Assembly: GCA_045533135.1 (NCBI GenBank)
Contig: JAZSHG010000255.1
Location: 1 to 25,189 of the forward strand
Reading direction: 5' to 3'
Source of the DNA: Acutalibacteraceae bacterium
GTDB taxonomy: Bacteria; Bacillota; Clostridia; Oscillospirales; Acutalibacteraceae
DNA: 25,189 nt
Both the position numbers and the translations under genes were made by a program. A model generated the notes under the pieces. That model made no database searches. It saw only the letters and a list, made by a program, of their open reading frames with translations, and had not been told where the DNA came from. Below, one piece after another: positions 15,394-23,897 of the stretch (the first letter of the stretch is position 1; each line of letters opens with the position of its first letter).

Positions 15394-17154
15394 TTATTTT
15401 TCTTTTAGCCTCTCAACCAACTCGGTCGAAGGCGTAACATACGCTGTTTGATTGTGGTCATAGATAACCATACCGGGGCGCGCGCCGTTTGGTTTGTGAA
15501 CATAGCGTGCCTTCGTATACTCCACAGGAACCTGCGTAGATTGGGCGGCTTTTGAATGATAAGCGGCTAAAATGGCCGCCTGCTCCACGCTCCGTTCGGG
15601 AGGCTCTTCCCCATTTGTAACAATGATCACATGTGAACCGGGAATATTTTTGGTGTGTAACCAAATATCGTTACCCTTGGCGGTCTTTAAAGTAAGCTGA
15701 TCATTTTGGACGTTGTTGCGCCCAACCAACACAAGGAACCCATCATCCGTAACAAAGCGTAGCGGTGACGTTGATGCGGTACGCTTCTGCTTGGAATTTG
15801 TGCGGATATAGCCACCAAGTTGCAATTCATAGCGCAATTCATCCACATCGTGTGCCGTTTTTGCGCGAGAAAGGGCGTCAAAAACTGAGTCTAAATAGCG
15901 TATTTCCTCCTCGCCGGCTGCGATCTGCTCGGTCAAAATGCGTTCTGCCGTCTGCGCTTTGCGATATTCCTTGTAAAATCGCTGAGCATTTTGCGACGGT
16001 GTCAAAAGCGGATCTAAGGAGATGGTCACCGTCGGACAATCGGGCTCATAGTAGTTTTCAACTTGAACAGTAGTATCGCCTTTTTTTACCCTATATATAT
16101 TTGCGTTGAGCAAATCCCCCATCAGGCGCTTTTCTTCACGTTTGGCGGAAGCGGCAAGCTCTTCGCGCTGATGCGCAAGCTTGCGGTTAACACGCTCAGT
16201 TGTCGTTACTAACACACGCAAAATATCCTGTGAGCGCTGTTTCATTCGTTCTGCGGCATCACGTTGCTCATAAAATGCATCTAATAGTGCCGAAAATCCG
16301 CCCTCTTCCCTACCTAGTGCCTCTAAACCATATTGCGTGATCGGCATAAAACTAAAATCCATCGGCGTACGATCACGACGCAACAACATATACGGCACAC
16401 GGTTTTTGCCGGTAAGCACGGCTGTTTTTACACGTCGCAATGCAAAAACAAGTCTGTCAAATCTATCGCCGATGCATTCATTTGGTGATAAATCGACACC
16501 ACGCCCGACATAATGTGCCAACTCACGGCAAATTAGCGGAGATGTGCCGTGCGAAACTGCAAGCAACGCCTTGGCAAGAGTAGGTTCTTGTGTGTGGCAC
16601 ACAGCTTGTGCCAATTCTTCCGGCTCAACGGCCGACAAATCCAAACTTCCCGGACGTACAGAAGGCAGTTCATAACGTATGCCTGGCAAAATCGGGCGCA
16701 CAGAAGACATTTCCCAGTCGACGCGCTTGATAGCGTCTACAACAATTCCTTCTTTATTGAGCAGCATAACGTTGCTGTAACGTCCCATAATCTCGATAGC
16801 AAGAGTCAGGCAAACAGCATCACCAAGCTCATTTATACAGTCGAAATCGAAGTATAATGCCCGTTCCCAGCCGTTTTGACGAATGGAAGTCAGACGGCCA
16901 CCGACTAAGTGCTTACGCAACAACATACAAAACATAGGCGGTGCAGGGGGATTTTCGGGTACACGTGTGGTGATATTGACGCGTGCAGAATTAGCCCGTG
17001 TGCAAAACAGCAGCTTGAAACTGCCATTTCGTCCGCGAAGCGATAAAATCAACTCCTCACGCGAGGGTTGATGCACTTTATCAACTTTTGTGCCTAGAAG
17101 AACTTGCTCTAATTCTTCTCGCAAGCACGCCAAATATGCACCGTCTAATGCCAT
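15394..17154 (-). CDS. rqcH: Ribosome quality-control protein RqcH (Rqc2/NEMF homolog, FbpA/NFACT family)
   Basis: MALDG..L, PPMFCMLLRKHL.GGR, EIMGRYSNV.L, D.KRL.GDLL.AN, NAQRFYKEYRK, VGRNNVQNDQLT, DIWLHTKNIPGSHV and KPNGARPGMVIY. Confidence 0.95.
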   Translation of the reverse strand: MALDGAYLACLREELEQVLLGTKVDKVHQPSREELILSLRGRNGSFKLLFCTRANSARVNITTRVPENPPAPPMFCMLLRKHLVGGRLTSIRQNGWERALYFDFDCINELGDAVCLTLAIEIMGRYSNVMLLNKEGIVVDAIKRVDWEMSSVRPILPGIRYELPSVRPGSLDLSAVEPEELAQAVCHTQEPTLAKALLAVSHGTSPLICRELAHYVGRGVDLSPNECIGDRFDRLVFALRRVKTAVLTGKNRVPYMLLRRDRTPMDFSFMPITQYGLEALGREEGGFSALLDAFYEQRDAAERMKQRSQDILRVLVTTTERVNRKLAHQREELAASAKREEKRLMGDLLNANIYRVKKGDTTVQVENYYEPDCPTVTISLDPLLTPSQNAQRFYKEYRKAQTAERILTEQIAAGEEEIRYLDSVFDALSRAKTAHDVDELRYELQLGGYIRTNSKQKRTASTSPLRFVTDDGFLVLVGRNNVQNDQLTLKTAKGNDIWLHTKNIPGSHVIIVTNGEEPPERSVEQAAILAAYHSKAAQSTQVPVEYTKARYVHKPNGARPGMVIYDHNQTAYVTPSTELVERLKEK

Positions 17155-17159
17155 TGTTA

Positions 17160-17924
17160 TTACTCCTTAGCGGTATATGCGTAAGGCTCCTCACCTTTAC
17201 AAGATAGGGTCGTTATCGAATTAAACTCGGCTTTCAAAAACGCGGCTATAGCATCCACAACGCAAACCTCGGTGGCGTGGTGACCGGCCTCAACCGCAAC
17301 CACACCGGCTTTGTTGAACGCTAACCATTCGTGGTGGCGAATTTCTCCGGAAATAACCGCATCCACCTCATTTATGAAAGCCTGCAACAAATCGCCGCCA
17401 CTACCGCCGCAAACGGCAACGCGGCTTATATCTTGGTTAGGTAGGTTAGAAACACGCACAGTAGTGTTTAAAAGTAGGGCTGTGCGATCAGCCAGCGCCT
17501 GCGTTGTATGCGGTGTCGGCAAAATTCCTATTCGGCAACATCCGTCATCGGCTGTAACGACATTTTCAAGGCCAAGCAAACCAGCTAAAACGTCATTTAC
17601 GCCACCTGCTGTTTTGTCCAAATTAGTATGCATAGAGATGACGGAAATACCGTTCTTAATTAGAATAAAAGCCCAATCTTGCTCACAAAGACTACTTATT
17701 GGTTGAAAAATCAGTGGATGATGCGTAACAATCAGCTGGACATGTTCAGAAATGGCTTTATTGATTATCTCCTGAGTGATATCTAAGCATACCAAGATTT
17801 TTTCGACACAGGCAGTTCTATCGCCAACCATCAAACCAACGTTATCCCATTCCTCTGACAGCTCAGCAGGGGCCCATTGAAACAAACGTGTTTCAATATC
17901 CTTTACAGTAGTCATCAACCTCAC
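17160..17924 (-). CDS. Nif3-like dinuclear metal center protein (YbgI/YqfO family)
   Basis: AELSEEWDNVGLMVG, LIVTHHPLIF, SMHTNLD, VAVCGGSG, GEIRHH and EAGHHATE. GTG start overlaps the trmK stop. Confidence 0.93.
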   Translation of the reverse strand: MRLMTTVKDIETRLFQWAPAELSEEWDNVGLMVGDRTACVEKILVCLDITQEIINKAISEHVQLIVTHHPLIFQPISSLCEQDWAFILIKNGISVISMHTNLDKTAGGVNDVLAGLLGLENVVTADDGCCRIGILPTPHTTQALADRTALLLNTTVRVSNLPNQDISRVAVCGGSGGDLLQAFINEVDAVISGEIRHHEWLAFNKAGVVAVEAGHHATEVCVVDAIAAFLKAEFNSITTLSCKGEEPYAYTAKE

Positions 17925-18589
17925 GACCTTTCTCGGCGCTTTTCAACAGCTTCCAACACGCTTTTTAAGTTGCGTTGCTCCACCACATTTCCGCGCAGTA
18001 TCGCGCCTTGCAAGCATTGTCTTATATGCTTACAGACACGATCCCAATAGATTGGCGGTGTATCATCGGGCAACGCACCGAAATAAAACTCTATCGCGTC
18101 ACTTACCGCAGGTGCATTCGTGTAAGCAACTTGCATGATATTGTAAAGCTTATCACCTTGACAGATGATTTCCTCATTTTCAATTATAAAACCATTGGTA
18201 AGTAAAAACTCTCGCAGTTTTTCAGAGCGCGACATAGGCTGCAATATCAAGCGATATTGTGAAGAGCGGATAAAAGAGGCATCGGAAAGTATAGAAACGA
18301 TCAACTCGCCACCCATGCCGGCAATAACGATATCGTCGACTTCGTTTGGTTTCACCACGGACAAGCCGCTTCCCAACCTCAACGTGATTTTATCTTGTAG
18401 GCCGGCTTTGACTATGTTTTGCTGTGCCACTGCCAAAGGGCTTTCATTAATATCCGCGGCTATTATGCTCTCGCAAATACCGCTTTGCATCAAATATATG
18501 GGCAAATACGCATGATCCGTGCCGATATCTGCCAAGCGGCAACCGTGACGCACACGAGAAGCAATAGCCTCCAATCGCTTATCAAGCAA
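17921..18589 (-). CDS. trmK: tRNA (adenine22-N1)-methyltransferase
   Basis: LDKRLEAIA, LADIGTDHAYLPIYL, RLGSGL, IVIAGMGGELI and LILQPM. TTG start. Sits next to the nif3-like gene, as is usual in Bacillota. Confidence 0.93.
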   Translation of the reverse strand: MLDKRLEAIASRVRHGCRLADIGTDHAYLPIYLMQSGICESIIAADINESPLAVAQQNIVKAGLQDKITLRLGSGLSVVKPNEVDDIVIAGMGGELIVSILSDASFIRSSQYRLILQPMSRSEKLREFLLTNGFIIENEEIICQGDKLYNIMQVAYTNAPAVSDAIEFYFGALPDDTPPIYWDRVCKHIRQCLQGAILRGNVVEQRNLKSVLEAVEKRRERS

Positions 18590-18608
18590 ACCAACTCATC
18601 CTCTCAAC

Positions 18609-18636
18609 AAAAAAGGCAGGCAAATGCCCGCCTTTT
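18609..18636 (-). terminator. Intrinsic terminator of the DUF1858 gene
   Basis: Minus strand AAAAGGCGGGCA-TT-TGCCTGCCTTTTTT (one G-U pair) with a U-tract. Confidence 0.7.
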
Positions 18637-18649
18637 CAGATTGACACAA

Positions 18650-18847
18650 TCAGCCACCAATGTGTGCATTGAGCTTTGCGACCAATTCATCGCAATCTAC
18701 GCCATGAACGGCACAAGCCTGTGCAATGGTCTCCCCACGGGCGGCAGGGCAACCAAGACAATGCATACCCATTTCCAGGAAAAATTTTGCGGTCGTGTTA
18801 TCGGCTTCCAACACATCACCAATCAAAGAATCTTTTGTTATCGTCAT
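18650..18847 (-). CDS. DUF1858-domain small protein (hybrid-cluster/disulfide-oxidoreductase-associated), 65 aa
   Basis: MTITKDSLIGDVLE....AKFFLEMGMHCLGCPAARGETIAQACAVHGVD.DELVAKLN. ATG at 18847 follows RBS AGGAATG. Confidence 0.9.
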   Translation of the reverse strand: MTITKDSLIGDVLEADNTTAKFFLEMGMHCLGCPAARGETIAQACAVHGVDCDELVAKLNAHIGG

Positions 18848-18880
18848 TTTTATCATTCCTTTTCAATAGATTGTACCCAT

Positions 18881-18909
18881 ATTATATCCGACAACAATCA
18901 AAATTGCAA
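18881..18909 (-). promoter_or_regulatory. Putative sigma-A promoter for the DUF1858 gene
   Basis: Minus strand: TTGCAA, 17 bp, TATAAT. Confidence 0.7.
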
Positions 18910-19053
18910 CTGTTTTATTTCTACACTTTGTGTTTTTGAAAACTTGGATACAAACACACTTTTTTCTGCATATCTCTTCCTTTTTGAAAACTTTTCTGCT
19001 ATAATGATTTTATATTTGACAAGTGTATTTCACAATAAAAAGGAGGCCGTGTT

Positions 19054-19695
19054 ATGGCACTTAAGTTTGAACAATTCCCTTACAAAAAACTGCTGTTCGC
19101 AGGTGCTGTTTTGCAGCTGATTCTGGGGTTTGTCTTATATATGACGCAAGGAATGATCTCCTTTATCATTCCCGTTGCGTTGTGCGTCATTGCACTTTTC
19201 TGCCTGCTCATAGGCTTGAAATGGCATCACAAGGCCTCGCGCGTTATCGTGCGCGTCTTAACGTGGTCGGTTTCTGCTTTAATAATTCTGTGCTCTGCGC
19301 TTTTGGCTTCCTTTTTAGATATAAGTAACATTGTGGCCATTTTCGGGTTTTATATCGATCCATTTGCGGCACGTCTGTTTATTTTCTTTGTATATGCGCA
19401 AACACCGCTTCTGTTCTTTATTCCGGCAATATCGACGCTGGCGCATGCGCAACAAATGCGTATAGATATTTTTATGACGAGGATATATTCCTTGATCCAA
19501 CTGCTCTTTTCTATCGGTTTTGTTATTATAATTGAGACCAATGATTACCAACAGATTGGTATAAAAAACATCTATTACAACCTATTTTTCATTGCCATCT
19601 GCTTATTAACCGCACTTTGTTCACTTGCCGCCTTCCCCATCAAAACCGCTTGGCTCAACCGTCTTTTGAATCAACATGTCTCCACTAAAAAATAA
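19054..19695 (+). CDS. Hypothetical integral membrane protein (about 6 TM segments)
   Basis: RBS AAGGAGG, upstream extended -10 TGCTATAAT (18997-19005), and several long hydrophobic segments. No family recognised. Confidence 0.75.
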   Translation: MALKFEQFPYKKLLFAGAVLQLILGFVLYMTQGMISFIIPVALCVIALFCLLIGLKWHHKASRVIVRVLTWSVSALIILCSALLASFLDISNIVAIFGFYIDPFAARLFIFFVYAQTPLLFFIPAISTLAHAQQMRIDIFMTRIYSLIQLLFSIGFVIIIETNDYQQIGIKNIYYNLFFIAICLLTALCSLAAFPIKTAWLNRLLNQHVSTKK

Positions 19696-19698
19696 AGC

Positions 19699-19745
19699 AA
19701 AAAAAGCGGCGTATCGTCCGCGGACGATACGCCGTTTCATTTTTA
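19699..19745. terminator. Bidirectional terminator built on a perfect 28-bp palindrome
   Basis: CGGCGTATCGTCCG/CGGACGATACGCCG (19707-19734), flanked by an A-run and a T-rich run, between convergent genes. Confidence 0.85.
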
Positions 19746-20432
19746 CTTACCCATATATTCTTCCGCATTGTGCAACACGTTCATCAGAGATGAGGCGAAA
19801 AGCGGAAAACGCTCAGAAAGTTTATCGGGCGAGAGTGTAGGAGCAGATTCATGTGCAAGACCGCTCTCACCCTCCACCGCCTCACCGGAAACCAGTGCCT
19901 GAATCTTGGCAGAGGAAACAGCCATTCGGCCATTAACGGTAGGCATAAACAAATACTCAGGCAAAGAGAAAAGTGCACGCGGATTGCGGTTGTTGGCAAC
20001 ATACAGTTGACGAAACACGGTGTAGATCGCCATCGTCAAATAAGCGGACACCTCATTTGTCAGCGCGCGGTTGTCGCATTGCTGCAACAAGTCATAGACA
20101 ACAGAGAGCGAATTGGTCAGCAGTTTTTTGTTAAGCGCAGGCAAAAGGCTGCCACGGAATGCATTTTCACGCGCGGAAGGATCGCCTTCACTGATATCCT
20201 CATATGCAATGACCGCGCCGGATTTTTCTGCTGTTCGTCCTAATAGAAAGTCGCAGGAAACATGATAGTAGTCCGCAACACGTACAACAAAGTCCAAGCC
20301 GCATTCCCGTATTCCTTTTTCATAGTGAGAGAGAAGCGCTTGCGAGATCTGCAAATCCGCAGAAACCTGCTTCTGACTCAGTCCCCGCTCTTTGCGCAGG
20401 AGGCACAATATTCTGGGGAACGCGGTGTTCAT
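19743..20432 (-). CDS. XRE/HTH_3 family transcriptional regulator with an uncharacterised C-terminal domain
   Basis: FPRIL.LLRKERGLSQKQVSADLQISQALLSHYEKGIRECGLDFVVRVADYYHVSCDFLLGR. Confidence 0.9.
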   Translation of the reverse strand: MNTAFPRILCLLRKERGLSQKQVSADLQISQALLSHYEKGIRECGLDFVVRVADYYHVSCDFLLGRTAEKSGAVIAYEDISEGDPSARENAFRGSLLPALNKKLLTNSLSVVYDLLQQCDNRALTNEVSAYLTMAIYTVFRQLYVANNRNPRALFSLPEYLFMPTVNGRMAVSSAKIQALVSGEAVEGESGLAHESAPTLSPDKLSERFPLFASSLMNVLHNAEEYMGK

Positions 20433-20493
20433 GAAATCTCCACCTAACTTGTTTTCATTCGTAAATCAGCCGTTTTTATACGGCGCGTATATC

Positions 20494-20522
20494 ATTATAA
20501 CCTATTCTTTTCACTTTGTAAA
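20494..20522 (-). promoter_or_regulatory. Putative sigma-A promoter for the XRE gene
   Basis: Minus strand: TTTACA, 17 bp, TATAAT. Confidence 0.6.
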
Positions 20523-20555
20523 TTGTCAAAAATGGGAGTTTTGGGAGGTTTTTTT

Positions 20556-21176
20556 ATGAAAACTTACAAATTTCATCTAATTCGGCATGGTTTAACCGAG
20601 GCAAACGACACCGGCACCTATATTGGACGGACGGATTTGCCTCTTTCCGGCCGCGGTCTTACGCATCTTTTGGATATGTCCAAAGAGTATACTTACCCCG
20701 GTGCTACACGCTTTTTCACCAGCCCACTTTTGCGTTGTCGGCAGACATTAGAGGTCTTGTACCCGCACTGCCAAGCAGAAATTGCAGAGGGACTGGCAGA
20801 ATGTGATTTTGGAGATTGGGAAGGCCGCACGGTGGCGCAGCTCAAACACGATGAAGCTTTTTTAGAGTGGATATCCGGTACAAGAACAGATATCCCCAAC
20901 GGCGAGGACACAAAAGCATTTCAGCAACGCGCTATGAAAGCATTTGAAGATATTGTACAGGAGTGCATGCGTTCCGGTGATACCGAGGTTGTCATTTGTA
21001 CACATGGTGGCATTATCATGTTGTTGATGGCCGCCTACGGTCTTCCGCAGTGTGATCCAAAAGAATGGGTCTGCAGTGACGGCGCAGGGTTTACCTTGCG
21101 TGTCACCCCCTCTGTTTGGATGCGCGAGCCAAAAGCTGAAGCATTGTGCGCTATCCCTTGGAAAGAAGAAGCATAA
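20556..21176 (+). CDS. Histidine phosphatase family protein (phosphoglycerate mutase/CobC-like)
   Basis: HLIRHGLT, TSPLLRCRQT, LAECDFGDWEG and THGGII. ATG at 20556 follows RBS GGAGG. Substrate cannot be determined from the sequence. Confidence 0.9.
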   Translation: MKTYKFHLIRHGLTEANDTGTYIGRTDLPLSGRGLTHLLDMSKEYTYPGATRFFTSPLLRCRQTLEVLYPHCQAEIAEGLAECDFGDWEGRTVAQLKHDEAFLEWISGTRTDIPNGEDTKAFQQRAMKAFEDIVQECMRSGDTEVVICTHGGIIMLLMAAYGLPQCDPKEWVCSDGAGFTLRVTPSVWMREPKAEALCAIPWKEEA

Positions 21177-21209
21177 CAAAAAGCCCGACAGATTGTCGGG
21201 CTTTTTGTT
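21175..21209. terminator. Bidirectional terminator
   Basis: AACAAAAAGCCCGACA (21175-21190), GAT, TGTCGGGCTTTTTGTT (21194-21209). Confidence 0.9.
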
Positions 21210-21218
21210 TATTACATT

Positions 21219-23102
21219 TTACGAGTCATTTCGGTTAAATAGGTCACCCAAAGAAATGCTCTCTTCAATTTCATCCTCAGGAATATCATCCCCAAGCTCA
21301 TCCGTTTCAAGCATATCCTCAAAAGACGTTTCATCGTCTAAAACCATCTCGTCAGCAACGTCAACAATGGCGTTATCCTCTGCTTCGCTATCGAGATCAA
21401 CATTAGCTTGCTCAACAGGGCCGGCTGTCGCTTTGGGACGATAGATGAAAAACAAATAGATCATCGCCGCGCCTAACAGCAAAAGCAAACTGCCGAGTAT
21501 GATAAACACATAAACGAGCGGATGAACGTGCCAACTGGACTGCGCAAACGGCACCTCACAAGCCACCAACGCAATGGCGTTCACATTGGTAAGTGTAACC
21601 TGTACATATTCAGGCTCTGCGATTGCCTCTACATATTCGCCGACCGCATCTCCCGACATATCGAGTACATAAAAGCGATTATGCTCCTCTGCTTTTTGGG
21701 GTCTTGGCAAGCGAACCACATAGCTATCATACGGCAAATCCTTTATCGGGATCGCGGTCTGATTTTCTGCATCCCAAAAAACCAAACCAAGCTCAATAAC
21801 ATACGAAAGGATCGTGGAGCTATCATATTTTTCTTGCTGTTGGCTCAAAACATTGAGAATATCCGCATTTTCCAGTACGCGGTTATCCAAAAAAATTGAC
21901 AGCATGATGGGCAATCCGTTTCCGCGCGTCATCAGCGAATCATAAATTTCACGCGAAACCAAAAGACGCGCACCGGTATCAAATTCAGATCCGGTCAAGC
22001 CAAATGTCTCCATCACGCCTTCGCCGAGTATGGCATTTAACACCACCATGTTTTCTTCTACGCCTGTTGTTCCTGCGCCTGCATAATAGGTTTGTGTGGT
22101 TGTCGGTTGCGTTGCAGACGCCGAAGTACTCGGCGCAGGCTTGGTGGTTTTGGGCGGCTTAGACGTTGGTGCCTTTGTGGTAGGCGGAGCAGTTGTAGCA
22201 GTTGTCTGCTCAACCTCAACTGTTTGGCCTTTGAACAGAGCAAACTCTGTTTGCAAATCCTCGGAATATACTCGCTTAACGTCTTTATACTCACCATCAA
22301 AAACAACCTTGCCGCTTTCGTCAGTTGCAAGAACCTGTTCGCCTGTTTTTGTGATCAGATGAACCATAACGCCGGAAATCGGCGTGCTCTTCGCATCGTA
22401 GACCTGCACCAGAGGTGCCCCGTTTTCGTCAGAACTGACGTATAGCTTTGTGCTAATTTCTCCACCGTAAACGACAAAGCTATGCTCCTCATCGGTGTAA
22501 GAAAATGTATCCTCACCATCGGTGCAATTATAGGTTACAAAGAAGCGACCATACGGCAAATCTTTTAAGGTTACCTTTCGAATACTGCCGCTGCTGTCCA
22601 ACAGAAAAACTTTCTGACCATTCACCTCAATGCTATCGATCATCAAGTCTTTACGCGGAACCCAAGTGATACTCAAGTGCTGGTACGCATCATCCCACAC
22701 AATATCTACAATTTCAATAGGCACGGTAGGTTCTTGCGGTTCAGTTGGTTCTGTCGGCTCGGTTGCTGTTGTAATCGTCAACGTAAACGGTATATACAAG
22801 CTTTCACCAAGCTCCATAGAAAATATGGCATCAAATGAATAATCCCCATCCCCCGTAAACGGGACCGCAAAGGATGCTGTGTCGTCCGCAGAAGCAGTTG
22901 GGGTGTAAAAATTCAAGTCAGCGTCACGCACTCCGGAAAGAGCGTAACCTTCCGGAATAGAAAGCGGATCCCAACCGATAACAAGCTCACCGGAAACCTC
23001 ATCAACAGCCGAAGATATCACGATTTCTTCCGCCACTGATGCAAAAGGGAACGCTGTCAATAACAGCAGTAACGTGAGAAAAGTCAAACATAGGCGTTTC
23101 AT
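21219..23102 (-). CDS. Hypothetical multidomain cell-surface protein (signal peptide, Pro/Thr linkers, C-terminal TM helix, acidic tail)
   Basis: MKRLCLTFLTLLLLLTAFPFASVA signal peptide. TEPTEPTEPQEPT and TTATTAPPTTKAPTSKPPKTT linkers. LVYVFIILGSLLLLLGAAMIYLFFIY followed by RPK, then a D/E-rich C-terminus. Confidence 0.85.
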   Translation of the reverse strand: MKRLCLTFLTLLLLLTAFPFASVAEEIVISSAVDEVSGELVIGWDPLSIPEGYALSGVRDADLNFYTPTASADDTASFAVPFTGDGDYSFDAIFSMELGESLYIPFTLTITTATEPTEPTEPQEPTVPIEIVDIVWDDAYQHLSITWVPRKDLMIDSIEVNGQKVFLLDSSGSIRKVTLKDLPYGRFFVTYNCTDGEDTFSYTDEEHSFVVYGGEISTKLYVSSDENGAPLVQVYDAKSTPISGVMVHLITKTGEQVLATDESGKVVFDGEYKDVKRVYSEDLQTEFALFKGQTVEVEQTTATTAPPTTKAPTSKPPKTTKPAPSTSASATQPTTTQTYYAGAGTTGVEENMVVLNAILGEGVMETFGLTGSEFDTGARLLVSREIYDSLMTRGNGLPIMLSIFLDNRVLENADILNVLSQQQEKYDSSTILSYVIELGLVFWDAENQTAIPIKDLPYDSYVVRLPRPQKAEEHNRFYVLDMSGDAVGEYVEAIAEPEYVQVTLTNVNAIALVACEVPFAQSSWHVHPLVYVFIILGSLLLLLGAAMIYLFFIYRPKATAGPVEQANVDLDSEAEDNAIVDVADEMVLDDETSFEDMLETDELGDDIPEDEIEESISLGDLFNRNDS

Positions 23103-23152
23103 ACTATACCTCGTTTCTGATTTTCACAAAAAATTGCAATTTGCTGTTTACT

Positions 23153-23181
23153 ATTATACCACACATTAACAAGAATGTAAA
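23153..23181 (-). promoter_or_regulatory. Putative sigma-A promoter for the surface-protein gene
   Basis: Minus strand: TTTACA, 17 bp, TATAAT, with TGn extended -10. Confidence 0.65.
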
Positions 23182-23197
23182 TCTTTGATCATAACTA

Positions 23198-23225
23198 TTG
23201 CAATTTTTTTCATTTATGATATACT
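23198..23225 (+). promoter_or_regulatory. Putative sigma-A promoter for the Crp-ABC operon
   Basis: TTGCAA (23198-23203), 16 bp, TATACT (23220-23225), with TGn extended -10. Confidence 0.6.
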
Positions 23226-23230
23226 AAAAG

Positions 23231-23246
23231 TGTCCCAAATGGGACA
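23231..23246. promoter_or_regulatory. Candidate operator palindrome TGTCCCA-AA-TGGGACA
   Basis: Perfect inverted repeat between the -10 box and the RBS of the Crp/Fnr gene. It has no U-tract and is too short for a terminator. Confidence 0.6.
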
Positions 23247-23258
23247 AAGGAGGTGTCT

Positions 23259-23897
23259 ATGGACGATTATATTACAAAATGCCGCAGCACCGCTCTATTT
23301 TCAGCCCTCACCGATGAAGAATGGTCTCGCCTGTCTGTTTTGTTGCCAAAACCTACCACTTTTGCCGCAAACGAAGAACTTTTGCGACGCTCTTCTTCAC
23401 TGGTGCTACTACTTTCGGGCAGAGCTTCTGTTTTTACCAACAGCCACGGAAGACACGCTGTCACACGTACGCTTCATGCAGGCGATATTTTTGGTGTTAC
23501 CACCATCTTTGGTGACGATCAACCCGTTAGCGTTGTTAAAGCAGATGTCATTTGCCGCGGACTGGTTATTCCTCGCGATACGGTTTTGCTCTTTATGAAG
23601 GAAAGCTTTTCCTTTACCGAAGCTTATCTCCGTTTTTTAACTGACCGTATTCGCTTTCTCAACCGCCGTATCGGAAACTACACCGAGGATTCAGCTGAAG
23701 AACGTCTCCTATATTATTTTAAAGAGGGCGCTGACGAATACGGCGTATTTACACTTACCGGTTCTATGTCTGTGCTTGCGCAGACATTACACATAGGCCG
23801 CTCCAGCTTGTACCGGGCGTTAGAAACTCTGCTAAACCAAGGTAAGTTGGAACAGATCAATCATAAACAATGGAAAATCAAGGAGGTCCCACTATGA
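23259..23897 (+). CDS. Crp/Fnr family transcriptional regulator
   Basis: cNMP-binding-like fold (LLLSGRASV..TLHAGDIFGV) and C-terminal HTH (SAEERLLYY..SMSVLAQTLHIGRSSLYRAL..L). ATG at 23259 follows RBS AAGGAGG. Confidence 0.9.
   Translation: MDDYITKCRSTALFSALTDEEWSRLSVLLPKPTTFAANEELLRRSSSLVLLLSGRASVFTNSHGRHAVTRTLHAGDIFGVTTIFGDDQPVSVVKADVICRGLVIPRDTVLLFMKESFSFTEAYLRFLTDRIRFLNRRIGNYTEDSAEERLLYYFKEGADEYGVFTLTGSMSVLAQTLHIGRSSLYRALETLLNQGKLEQINHKQWKIKEVPL

Noticed and set aside
20556-21176. Calling the histidine phosphatase cobC or gpm
   Set aside because: The family motifs do not fix the substrate, and no cobalamin or glycolysis genes are adjacent.
22096-22770. Short repeats encoding TEPTEPTEP and Thr/Pro runs
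   Set aside because: These are ordinary low-complexity interdomain linkers of the surface protein, not an array or contingency locus.
23131-23204. Recurring ATTGCAAT/TTGCAA palindromes (also near 1922, 8600, 11431 and 18904) as a shared operator
   Set aside because: Most coincide with -35 boxes, and TTGCAA is self-complementary by nature. There is no evidence for a separate regulator site.
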